A stretch of DNA of 51,392 nucleotides from Candidatus Pacearchaeota archaeon CG1_02_32_21 (GTDB taxonomy: Archaea; Nanobdellota; Nanobdellia; Pacearchaeales; GW2011-AR1): assembly GCA_001872185.1 (NCBI GenBank), contig MNVX01000036.1, positions 1-51,392 on the forward strand, read 5' to 3'. Positions 34,201-42,289 of the stretch are shown here, piece after piece (the stretch's first letter is position 1; each line of letters begins with the position of its first letter). The notes under the pieces were generated by a model, which was not told where the DNA came from, made no database searches, and saw only the letters and a program-made list of their open reading frames with translations. The translations under genes were made by a program, and so were the position numbers.

Positions 34201-37064
34201 AATATCTGCTTAAACTAGATTCTGTTGACGATACGAAGTTTACAATTAGCAGGGTAGATGATGTGCCTCAGGTATTTGATGAAAATGGTAATCTAATTGG
34301 TGATAAAGAAGAAGCTGAATTAGTTGCAAGTTATTTTACTCAGTTTGTTAAGTATAATACTGATAGTTATAGAAATGGATATGATAGTCCTTTAGTTAGA
34401 TATTATGAGCATGACCCTTACAAAGGAATGCCAGCAATTGTTCCTTTTGATACCCAGAATGGCTGGTATGCTGGAACTAAGCAGACTCTTGCTACTTTTA
34501 ATAATATAGCTTCATATGATGAAAGCGGAAGAATATCTAGCTTTTGGTTATGCAATGTTGGAACCAATCATAGGGAAGAGTTCACAACAGGATTTGGAGA
34601 TGATATTTGCCAGCAGTTTAATCTTAATACTGGTCAGCCATTAGATCAATTTCCAGGATTAAATGAAGAAGAGGCAGTGAAACTTGTTAAAAATGCTATT
34701 CAATCTTTAGAACAAGCTTCTCAACAATATAGTACAGGAGTTCGTAAGGTAAAAATTCTTGGTAAAACTTATGATGTTGGAACCCCAGCTGTTTCAACAC
34801 CTAGCGCCCAGTGTCAGGATTTCATGAGCCCTAAGGATTGCCAGTTGATGTTTAATGTTTGTGATCCTGTTATTTGTCCAAGTAGCAGATGTAATCTTGG
34901 AGGAAAATATCAAGTAGATGATGTTGTACAAACAGGAATTGTTGGAAGTATTTTAATGTGTTTACCAAATGCAAAAGAGGGAATTGTTGTTCCGATTTGT
35001 TTAACAGGAGTAAATGCCGGTATTGAGAACTTTGTTTCAATACTTGAAGCTTCGAGAGATTGTTTGCAGGAGAGTGTAGACAGTGGAACATATGTAGGAA
35101 TATGCGACGAAATTACTGCTGTTTATAAGTGTGAATTTTTCTGGAACCAGGTTTCTCCGGCATTAAATGTTATGCTTCCGAAATTACTTGAGAGAGTTTC
35201 TGGACAGGGAGTCAGAGGTGGTGGAGAGTATGCAGGTGTAAGCGCTGCCTGGCAAAATATGCAGAACTCAATTGATTATTTTAAGAATCAATATAGCATA
35301 AATGCACTTAAGGCGTTTAGAGTTCGTTCTACTCAAGAAGTTGGAACTCCCATATGTAAGGCATTTGTATCTGCAAGATTTGCTAATAAATTTAGTTCTT
35401 TAATAGAACCAGACTCTCCTTATCAGTTTAGCGCATGGTTTGATGAAATTCTTTTTACAACTGCTACAACTCCAAGTTTAAGCCAGTATAAAGTATTTTA
35501 TCATATCTATGCTGGTAATGATCAGGGCATTTATTATAGTGTATATTTGAAAGAGCCGACTGGAAGTTCATTTATTCAGTCAACAGGAGTAGTTGTTGTA
35601 GATACAGGATTTGTTGGAAGAGGAGAGTACAATAGTCAGGCTAAAGATTTCACAGCCCCTTCTGGATTTAAACAACTTTGTGTAAGAATAAATGGAGAAG
35701 AAAAGTGCGGGTTTAAGCAAGTAAGCACAAGTTTTGCTGTTAACTATGTTAGGGATAAATATGTACAAGATCAGTTAAATCAGACTAATATTAAATCAGA
35801 GAGAGAATGTATTTCTGGTTCTCCAGGTGCTTTAGCTTTGGTCAATCCTAACTTAGAATCAGGTGTTGAAGATGCTACACTTCCTCAAATTTATGAAAGA
35901 GGAATTGTAAGAGTTTGTTCAAGTGGAAATCCTGGAAGTGCAGTTGATCCTTCAAGGTGGGTTGAAGTAGGGTATTGTGATGATAAAAGTATTAGCTGCT
36001 GGTTAGACAGAGAGAGTGTTGACAGAGCTATTAGTTCTGAAAACATTGGCGTAAAAAATCAGACAAAGGCTGATTTGAATGCTTTAGCAGATAGGATTGC
36101 TGAAAGAGATAAAACAGGATTGTTGATAGAAGATTCTGGTGGAAATATTATCTTTGAGGATTTTGAAAAAGAGATAGACTCTTTGTCATCTTCAAGCCTT
36201 AGTTTTTCAGATGCAGAAACTAATTCAAAAATTATACTTGCAAAAATAAATGAAGTTGAAGATAAATACCAGTTATTGGATAAAGATTACGCAAGATTAT
36301 TTTTTGATAGGGCATGGACTTATGAAATGCTTGCCAGAAAATCCCCTTATCCTGAAAAAGAGGTTCCTGTTAGTGAACCTAATGAAACTGTGGATAGTGG
36401 TGCAGGTGGTAGTGAAGGTGAAGAAACTCCAACAGATCATGGAACAGCTGGAGAGACAGGTGTTTTAAGCAGCGAGGTTCCTGCAATTCTTCAGGGAATT
36501 TTTATTGAAGCTTCTGATGCTACAGGTACTCCTGCTTCGCTTATAGCAGCTATTTCCTACCAAGAGTGTGGAGATTTGTGGAATGATGCTAAAAGGGATG
36601 AACCAAAAATTAAGAGTTTAATAGAAAATAATGGAATTCCAAGAGTTGGTGATTTATGTAATTCAAATAACGGATATAATGTTTTTGGTCCAATGCAGTT
36701 TCAGATAGGAATTGACTATCTTGCTGAAAATGGTTTTGATAATAGAATAAGAACAATTAATCCAAAAGGAATAGCATTGCCAAGAGAGGGGACATGGGAG
36801 GACTATGATGATAGTGCAGCTTCTTTATTGAAGGTAAGTGTAGATGAAATAAGTCCGTTAGTTATTAGACACGCAGTTTATGCTGCTGCTATTAAACTTA
36901 ACAAAGATGCTGGTGATCCTTCTGTTTGGACAGATGAAGATATTAGAAATGCTGCAAAAGGATATTTTGGAGCTTGTGATGATACTCAGGTTATTGGAGG
37001 AGATGAAGTTGTTGTGCATTATTGTGATGATATTATTTCTAAGTATAATAAATATAAGGCTTAG
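31221..37064 (+). CDS. 1947-aa secreted giant protein with Cys-rich core and C-terminal lytic-transglycosylase (SLT/lysozyme-like) domain
   Basis: Uninterrupted 5.8-kb ORF. Signal peptide MKNLAVILIFGILINLNFVFA|QN (alternative ATG 31263). C-terminal motifs LIAAISYQECG, FGPMQFQ and AAKGYFG parallel the SLT motifs ES, GLMQ and AYNxG. Confidence 0.7.
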   Translation: MRIIFLKKIRQSQEMKNLAVILIFGILINLNFVFAQNFGGSGTMGQSFSSYGSASFTNVQYFSPGYFPGASSGLGAYSGVSIEEFNEVCRNRQDFVIQIAPGSCTPAVVRSDLLAEQNVPVFCQLTATQVNPLINTQNIRSIRLVSNGNVSQDIIGVSYYRPQREIFAKKDSNGFLSFSNIGYAIIILKRQPNENLQPDFIYGNLTAYLSYGTSGQLGAQLNEKLIPVLNDEDWNSYYQEYSFLDGRGFFRVEDLSGDRAKISVYRDANTKVDSFIIEKGQKSNERYLAGGYCNAGYNIEFLDSVQTQEKASILLDGDEYEVFEGGKFGDNCAVRKLYDTGFGTGKVDVKCLGTKDFSLEIKHKPVKLNFDSSDKNFEIGEKLYATENSSAYLGAINKKVSEGGKFFIVLVDAKEFTNSLKGNINKFSSEIALGTEENVAKEKYLKDNTIAVVYKGNKGNIGGKEVSFIDFTDIENVETQSAEFEKYFGASVDSYKNLEEQYGEYDYPEDTTLPDQAKYNKYGEVAVSRATDLAKTRGEVGTEMEFAKIGEDNYGLLLSDKLSSIEFFNYQDASYEFEIDGITHRISLEKITSVDLDKIKVIISVNGDKKVLHRFGEYLIPPDGTKSITLKSFDDDSVSLEADCGSKTTETISLGKRAPVCSMDIYVKEIKTEKLAKFRITPVQRTSDGVANLSYGIGVEKRAFPLSPEKSLERINRLNESIEKWKNINENLGKLVKAGKAACFGTSAALQVKNLLSGMGGKAIAREVVMKNDGGWDSICQAEVAEGKYSSLDACFRSNADKIEEDVSSVTNIVKEQDAENKEIDNANKIEGSGMFSNGIDGDEAYTDYLSSIKSRYSSSDSIVKNEKGDKQINIGEVVSGLESGSASREDLREIDLHMRILKESDSDSLKAIAEKSLYDKLQPIQQESLDNKDKSSYVSNLEAKGVVNVGNVEVISSNKRSKIGEYNGEVTSEAIGSIVKGSNIKPIIFDGKKYLLKLDSVDDTKFTISRVDDVPQVFDENGNLIGDKEEAELVASYFTQFVKYNTDSYRNGYDSPLVRYYEHDPYKGMPAIVPFDTQNGWYAGTKQTLATFNNIASYDESGRISSFWLCNVGTNHREEFTTGFGDDICQQFNLNTGQPLDQFPGLNEEEAVKLVKNAIQSLEQASQQYSTGVRKVKILGKTYDVGTPAVSTPSAQCQDFMSPKDCQLMFNVCDPVICPSSRCNLGGKYQVDDVVQTGIVGSILMCLPNAKEGIVVPICLTGVNAGIENFVSILEASRDCLQESVDSGTYVGICDEITAVYKCEFFWNQVSPALNVMLPKLLERVSGQGVRGGGEYAGVSAAWQNMQNSIDYFKNQYSINALKAFRVRSTQEVGTPICKAFVSARFANKFSSLIEPDSPYQFSAWFDEILFTTATTPSLSQYKVFYHIYAGNDQGIYYSVYLKEPTGSSFIQSTGVVVVDTGFVGRGEYNSQAKDFTAPSGFKQLCVRINGEEKCGFKQVSTSFAVNYVRDKYVQDQLNQTNIKSERECISGSPGALALVNPNLESGVEDATLPQIYERGIVRVCSSGNPGSAVDPSRWVEVGYCDDKSISCWLDRESVDRAISSENIGVKNQTKADLNALADRIAERDKTGLLIEDSGGNIIFEDFEKEIDSLSSSSLSFSDAETNSKIILAKINEVEDKYQLLDKDYARLFFDRAWTYEMLARKSPYPEKEVPVSEPNETVDSGAGGSEGEETPTDHGTAGETGVLSSEVPAILQGIFIEASDATGTPASLIAAISYQECGDLWNDAKRDEPKIKSLIENNGIPRVGDLCNSNNGYNVFGPMQFQIGIDYLAENGFDNRIRTINPKGIALPREGTWEDYDDSAASLLKVSVDEISPLVIRHAVYAAAIKLNKDAGDPSVWTDEDIRNAAKGYFGACDDTQVIGGDEVVVHYCDDIISKYNKYKA

Positions 37065-37108
37065 TGCAACCACAAATCCTTTCCTTATGTAATTTTTAGT
37101 TATATCTA

Positions 37109-37192
37109 TGCGAGAGACAGGATTCGAACCTGTGAACTCACTAAGAGACGAGATTTTGAGTCTCGCGCGTTTGACCACTTCGCTACCCTCGC
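37109..37192 (-). tRNA. tRNA-Leu (anticodon CAA), class II with long variable arm
   Basis: Reverse complement: GCGAGGG...CGAGA-CTCAAAA-TCTCG, variable arm TCTCTTAGTGAGTTC, ACAGG-TTCGAAT-CCTGT, CTCTCGC-A. Confidence 0.9.
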
Positions 37193-37944
37193 TTATATAA
37201 ATTATATGGGTTAAGTTTGTTTTTAAGGATATCTTTCCTTTGACTTATTGTTGTGTGTGGTGGGCAAAATCCAAACCTTTTCCATACATCATATCTTGTT
37301 ATGTGTTTTAGATTTTCTGGGCTAATTTCTTCCATAAATCTTTTTATATTGGGTATTCTATTTATTTCTAATATATTTACATCATGGTTGTTTCTCCTGT
37401 TACTGTAACCTCTTTTTATGGTCCTTGTCACGCATCTATAATTTAACTCTTTTAGTATTTTAGATGTTTCATTAATTAATAAATGAGAAATACTTGTTAG
37501 CCTAATTCTGATTTTTGTATGATAATATGAATTAAATCTATCCGCATATTTTGTATAATCTTTTTGGCAAGATATACTTCCATCGGTATCAAATAAACCT
37601 CTTATGAAAGACCTCTTTACCTCTTCATTTGAATTTTTTATCCAACTAGGTATTTTAGCTGTAAGAGCTTTATTTCCCTTTGGCAAACCAAAATTTAATA
37701 ATTTCTGAATATTTTCTTTTCCATGGATTGAAACTCCATAAACTTTCCAATATGGGAATTCTTTTGTTTCCACCTTTTTAATAGTTTTACTTATTAATTT
37801 TGATAAATATAAGTCGTAATATTCTTTGTCCTCTATAGGGTCTCCTGCTATGAAACAACTTTTCTCGTTTGATTGTATCCATCCGTCACCAATTATTGCT
37901 CCACATAACTCAGCCACTATTTTTTTGTCTTGAATCTCACCCAT
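37183..37944 (-). CDS. free-standing double-motif LAGLIDADG homing endonuclease
   Basis: Two LAGLIDADG motifs: AELCGAIIGDGW and SFIRGLFDTDGSIS. The last 10 nt, including the stop TAG, overlap the 5' end of tRNA-Leu. Confidence 0.75.
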   Translation of the reverse strand: MGEIQDKKIVAELCGAIIGDGWIQSNEKSCFIAGDPIEDKEYYDLYLSKLISKTIKKVETKEFPYWKVYGVSIHGKENIQKLLNFGLPKGNKALTAKIPSWIKNSNEEVKRSFIRGLFDTDGSISCQKDYTKYADRFNSYYHTKIRIRLTSISHLLINETSKILKELNYRCVTRTIKRGYSNRRNNHDVNILEINRIPNIKRFMEEISPENLKHITRYDVWKRFGFCPPHTTISQRKDILKNKLNPYNLYKRG

Positions 37945-38052
37945 TATTATTTATGTACTTTTTGATATAAAAATATACGTTTTAATTTTTAAGTGGTTCA
38001 ACTTAGTACTTAAAAATTCTTATTTCTCAAAAATTTTAGTTGAGATTTGCGA

Positions 38053-38493
38053 TTAGTGACTATTTCTTAGAAAAACAAGGATTATAAGTATTAAAGTTAT
38101 TATAATTAAGATTATTAACACAAGCAAAACGAGGATTGAATAATTGGTTTGACTATTTTGGCCTTCAGAGCTAACTCCACACAGTCCGCCATATTCTATT
38201 TCCTCTATACCCTGAACAATATTTGTTCTTTGCAGTTTATTATTTACGCAAGTCCATTCACCATATTTTGTATCATAAAATTCATTTTCTGCTTCTATGT
38301 CTTTAATTAATTGCGGGTCATTGAATATATTACAGTTATCATTGTTTTCATCTTCTCCATTATTATTTCCGTTATCATTTCCTGTTGTGAATTGAACTGT
38401 TGTTGGTAATGACCAGGATATTTCTGCTGAAGCTAGCGATATAGAATTAAACATGATTAGTGCAAGTATTGAAAGTGTTATTAGCTTATTCAT
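38053..38493 (-). CDS. secreted, C-terminally anchored protein with Asn/Asp-rich low-complexity segment
   Basis: Signal peptide (..SLASA|EI), a GNDNGNNNGEDENNDN stretch, and C-terminal TM ILVLLVLIILIIITLILIILVFL. Confidence 0.5.
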   Translation of the reverse strand: MNKLITLSILALIMFNSISLASAEISWSLPTTVQFTTGNDNGNNNGEDENNDNCNIFNDPQLIKDIEAENEFYDTKYGEWTCVNNKLQRTNIVQGIEEIEYGGLCGVSSEGQNSQTNYSILVLLVLIILIIITLILIILVFLRNSH

Positions 38494-38623
38494 TTCTTTC
38501 TCCCGATTCTGTAGAATAATCTTCTTTAACCTGATCTTTGTCTTCTTTTGGTATATATGATTTTAAATTTTCATATACTTCATACATTCTTTCTTCTTGT
38601 TCAGGTGTAGGTATGTATTCCAT
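38486..38623 (-). CDS. candidate small acidic protein, 45 aa (not in ORF track)
   Basis: MEYIPTPEQEERMYEVYENLKSYIPKEDKDQVKEDYSTESGERNE. Its stop overlaps the downstream start by 8 nt. Confidence 0.25.
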   Translation of the reverse strand: MEYIPTPEQEERMYEVYENLKSYIPKEDKDQVKEDYSTESGERNE

Positions 38624-38708
38624 GGGTTTTGGATTAAGGAGTAGTATTTAAAGGTTTCTATTTATTGTAATCTAATAGTGACAACATAATATAAGTTATT
38701 CTAGAGAA

Positions 38709-39638
38709 TTATTTCTTGTTAACTTTTTTCTCAGCTTCCTGGAGCTTCATTTTTTCTTCTAGTCCAAGTTTGTCTATCAACTCTTTATAGCGATTTCTTA
38801 TTGTTACCTCTGTTATTCCCGCAACATCTGCAACTTCTCTTTGAGTTTTCTTTTCATCGTTTAGCAATGCAGCTACATACAAGGCTGCTGCTGCAATTCC
38901 TGCAGGTCCTCTTCCACTTGTAAGCTCTTCATCACTTGCTCTTTTTAAGATTTTTAGAGCATGATTCTGTGTTTTTGGAGATAGTTTCAAAATGCTTGAG
39001 AATCTTGATATGTAATCATTTGGAGAGCTTGGAGTTATCTTTATTGTCATTCTTCTAATAATAAATCTGTATGTTCTCCCGATTTCTTTTCTTTCAATAT
39101 CTGAGGCATGGGCAATTTCATCAAGTGTTCTTGGAATATTATAGCTTCTGCATGCTGCATAAATACATGCTGCAATCACAGATTCCATACTTCTTCCACG
39201 CACAAATCCTCTTTGCAGGATATAATTGTATAATCTGGCAGCTTCATCTCCTACAACTGTTGGCAAGTTTAGATATGCTGAAACTCTTCTAAGCTCTGCC
39301 ATTGCCAGTCTTAAATTTCTTTCAATACTTGTTGAAACTCTTTCCTGCCATTTTTTTAGTCTTAAGAATTTACGGGTTTGTTTAGTATCTAGCTTGTATA
39401 TATCAGAAATTTCTCCTACATTTGTTGTTAGCCCTTTGTCGAATTTCTGCATGCTCATTGGAGCACCACTACGACCCTTTTTTTCAGATTTATCAAATTT
39501 ACCAGAAAGATCAATTCCAGTGTCCACCATCTTTTCCTCGATGATAAGTCCACAATCGTTACATATTACCTCTCCTTTTTCTTCATCATATGTAAGATTT
39601 ACACTGTTACATTCCGGACATCTTTGAACACTAACCAT
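38709..39638 (-). CDS. tfb: transcription initiation factor B (TFB/TFIIB)
   Basis: N-terminal zinc ribbon CPECNS...CNDCG followed by two cyclin-like repeats and a C-terminal HTH (REVADVAGITEVTIRNRYKEL). Confidence 0.95.
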   Translation of the reverse strand: MVSVQRCPECNSVNLTYDEEKGEVICNDCGLIIEEKMVDTGIDLSGKFDKSEKKGRSGAPMSMQKFDKGLTTNVGEISDIYKLDTKQTRKFLRLKKWQERVSTSIERNLRLAMAELRRVSAYLNLPTVVGDEAARLYNYILQRGFVRGRSMESVIAACIYAACRSYNIPRTLDEIAHASDIERKEIGRTYRFIIRRMTIKITPSSPNDYISRFSSILKLSPKTQNHALKILKRASDEELTSGRGPAGIAAAALYVAALLNDEKKTQREVADVAGITEVTIRNRYKELIDKLGLEEKMKLQEAEKKVNKK

Positions 39639-39702
39639 TTTAAAATAAGTTTATAAACTTAACTAAGAAAGCTTTAAAAATGTTTTGGTAACAAAACAGT
39701 TA

Positions 39703-40095
39703 TTATTCAATTAGTATTCCCTGAACAGAACCTTCTTGCCCTGGACGGTTTGTTATTCTTGCTTTTCCAGCTTCTGTTTGTACAATTGCACCCTTTGTCA
39801 AAACATTTTGCCTTGCCAAGAATCTATTTGAAGGTGTTTCCAGTACATTTAGAATTTTAACAGTTTTAGCCTTTTTAGCCTTTTTGTCAAATAGGTTAAT
39901 TGTGTTAGAACTAAGCAAAACTACTTTTTTATTTCCTCCTCTAACTCCAAGAAGCTTATTTTTTGTTTCTTTTAACTTTACTATTCTTGCTTGGTGACCT
40001 GACTGGTGCCTTTTTTTCTTACTTCCTTTTTTATACTTTCCACCAGTAATTTTTCTTCCTAAACTTCTTCTTTTTCTATTTTTCTTTTCAGCCAT
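39703..40095 (-). CDS. rps8e: 30S ribosomal protein S8e
   Basis: GRKITGGKYKKGSKKKRHQSG...NRFLARQNVLTKGAIVQTEAGKARITNRPGQEGSVQGILI fits S8e. Confidence 0.9.
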   Translation of the reverse strand: MAEKKNRKRRSLGRKITGGKYKKGSKKKRHQSGHQARIVKLKETKNKLLGVRGGNKKVVLLSSNTINLFDKKAKKAKTVKILNVLETPSNRFLARQNVLTKGAIVQTEAGKARITNRPGQEGSVQGILIE

Positions 40096-40269
40096 TAAGT
40101 AAATCTACTGAAAATGGTTTAAATACCTTTCTGAAAGATATTTTAATTTGCAATGGTTCTTTTAACATGGAACTTTTAAAATAGTGTAATTAATTTTATT
40201 CATTTGCATAAGGTTTTACTCTGAATTTAAAATATAAAGATTTAAAAACTTAGTTTTAGAAATGAGTTT

Positions 40270-40524
40270 ATGGTTAACGGTATTGAGAGACCACTTGACC
40301 TTTTGAATCAATCAAAAGGGAAGGAAATCTTAGTGCAGTTGAAAAGCGATAAGCAATTAGTGGGAACATTGCTTGCATTTGATATCCATATAAACATTGT
40401 CTTAGACAATGCTAAGGAAATGCAAAACAATGAAGTTAAAAGAAACATTGGTTTAACCTTTCTAAGAGGAGATACAATTGTTTTCATATCTCCTGCATCA
40501 ACTGCTCTTAAAGAGGAAAAGTAG
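40270..40524 (+). CDS. Sm-like archaeal protein (SmAP/LSm)
   Basis: Sm1 motif ILVQLKSDKQLVGTLLAFDIHINIVLDNA and Sm2 motif LRGDTIVFISP. Confidence 0.9.
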   Translation: MVNGIERPLDLLNQSKGKEILVQLKSDKQLVGTLLAFDIHINIVLDNAKEMQNNEVKRNIGLTFLRGDTIVFISPASTALKEEK

Positions 40525-40668
40525 TCCAGTTTTTTTATTTGTTTCATGGGCACCGAATTCTTATGGTGTCATGAGGTACTGGTAAGTCTAATACCTTTGC
40601 TAAATTTTAAGTAAAAAAGTAATTCTTAATTTACTTAATTATTTAAACTAAATTTCATTAGTTCTTTT

Positions 40669-41562
40669 ATGGTAGAAGTTGTTTTTTTAGGAACAGGAAG
40701 TGCAGTGCCAACTGTCAAGAGAAATCATCCGGGAATACTTTTAAAATATAAAACTGAGAGTATTTTGTTTGATTGCGGCGAAGGAATACAGAGACAGTTT
40801 AGGATAGCTAAAGAAAATCCATGTAAACTGACAAGATTATTTATAACTCACTGGCATGGAGATCATGTCCTTGGTATTCCCGGCCTGTTTCAGACACTAG
40901 CACTTAATGGGTATGATAAGACTTTAGAAGTCTATGGTCCAAAAGGGACTAAAATATATGTGTCGAAAATATTAAGTTTATTTGCTAATGTTAACAAAAT
41001 TAAATTTAACATTAAAGAGGTTTCTTCTGGAAAAATTATTGATAGTGAAGACTTTTTTGTAGAGAGCTTTATGATGGAGCACAACACACATTGTTTGGCT
41101 TATAGGTTTGTTGAAAAAGACAAGCTTAGGATTGATAAAAAGAAGCTTGAGAAGCTAAAAGTTGGCCATGATCCAAAGTTAGCTTTGATAAAAAAAGGGA
41201 AAGACATAACAATTAATGGTAAAAAGATTAGGGCTAAGGATATAACTTATCTTGAAAAAGGTAAAAAAATAGGTATTGTTCTCGATACTAGAGAAAATAA
41301 AAATATCTATAAGGTTGCTAAAGATTGTGATTTGTTTATATGCGAGTCTACTTTTATTAATGAAAGTGATATTGCTAAAAAATATTTCCATTTAACTGCT
41401 GAACAATCTGCTAAAATATCTAAAAAATCAAAAGTGGGCAAACTTGCCTTAATGCATTTAAGCCAGAGATATGAAAAGAAGGAAAATGAAGTGCTTAATA
41501 TTGCAAGAGGAATTTTTAAAAATACAGAACTTGCTAGAGATTTTATGAGATTTGAAATATAG
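40669..41562 (+). CDS. rnz: ribonuclease Z (tRNA 3' endonuclease)
   Basis: FLGTGSAVPT, FDCGEG, and the metallo-beta-lactamase motif ITHWHGDHVLGIPGL. Confidence 0.9.
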   Translation: MVEVVFLGTGSAVPTVKRNHPGILLKYKTESILFDCGEGIQRQFRIAKENPCKLTRLFITHWHGDHVLGIPGLFQTLALNGYDKTLEVYGPKGTKIYVSKILSLFANVNKIKFNIKEVSSGKIIDSEDFFVESFMMEHNTHCLAYRFVEKDKLRIDKKKLEKLKVGHDPKLALIKKGKDITINGKKIRAKDITYLEKGKKIGIVLDTRENKNIYKVAKDCDLFICESTFINESDIAKKYFHLTAEQSAKISKKSKVGKLALMHLSQRYEKKENEVLNIARGIFKNTELARDFMRFEI

Positions 41563-41595
41563 AAATTGTTATAAATGTTAATTTATTAATTTTAT

Positions 41596-41814
41596 ATGTT
41601 AAGTCAGACAAGTTATGGGGTTGCTCCTTATTTAAACAATGGGATTTTTTATTCTCCTGATGGAAAGAATGATGGAGAAAGAATAATTTTTGGCCCTGTA
41701 ACTTCTGAAGAGATTATGGCACTAAAAAACATTGTTGATGATGAATATGTTCAAGAAGTTATAAGTGCAAGAGGAGTTACTAGGGAACAGTTAGAAAAGG
41801 AGATTAATAGATAA
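41596..41814 (+). CDS. hypothetical protein
   Basis: ORF only, with no recognisable motif. 1-nt spacing to the next ORF. Confidence 0.35.
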   Translation: MLSQTSYGVAPYLNNGIFYSPDGKNDGERIIFGPVTSEEIMALKNIVDDEYVQEVISARGVTREQLEKEINR

Positions 41815-41815
41815 T

Positions 41816-42109
41816 ATGACAGAAAGTTCAAGGAATTCTACTTCTAATGATGTGATTATGATAAAAGGAAAGCCCTCGCAATTTTTTCCTGAAAGAGCTA
41901 TTAAACATTTTAAGGAAATGGGAAGAAAGAGTGAGGAATGTAAAGAGAGGGGAGGTCATATTCCTTCTGGTAGATTTGTAGATACAAGAGATGTTCATAG
42001 AGTAACAGAGTATTGTGCTCATTGTGGTTTTGAATATGAAAGGCATAGACAAACAGGAGATCCTAGAAGTTATCCTACGTATGAAGATTTGCAAAGAGAA
42101 GTTATATGA
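41816..42109 (+). CDS. hypothetical protein
   Basis: ORF only. Contains CAHCGFEYERH. Confidence 0.35.
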   Translation: MTESSRNSTSNDVIMIKGKPSQFFPERAIKHFKEMGRKSEECKERGGHIPSGRFVDTRDVHRVTEYCAHCGFEYERHRQTGDPRSYPTYEDLQREVI

Positions 42110-42205
42110 ACTAATTTTAATTAGGGTAATTTTAAACACTATTATTATTGAATATTAATTTAAGATAGAAACATTTTAAATAGAACTTTCTCTTGATTTT
42201 ATGAA

Positions 42206-42280
42206 GCTCCTGTAGCTCAGCCTGGATAGAGCACTAGCCTTCTAAGCTAGGGGTCGCAGGTTCAAATCCTGTCGGGAGCG
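42206..42280 (+). tRNA. tRNA-Arg (anticodon TCT)
   Basis: GCTCCTG-TA-GCTC-AGCCTGGATA-GAGC-A-CTAGC-CTTCTAA-GCTAG-GGGTC-GCAGG-TTCAAAT-CCTGT-CGGGAGC-G. Confidence 0.9.
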
Positions 42281-42289
42281 TGTATTTAA

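Noticed and set aside
40525-40668. I looked for the rpl37e gene that usually follows the Sm gene in archaea, and for a C/D-box sRNA. There is a hairpin GGCACC-N10-GGTGTC at about 40541-40562.
   Set aside because: No frame encodes an L37e-like zinc-ribbon protein. No C box (TGATGA) plus D box (CTGA) pair is present. The hairpin alone is most simply a terminator-like structure.
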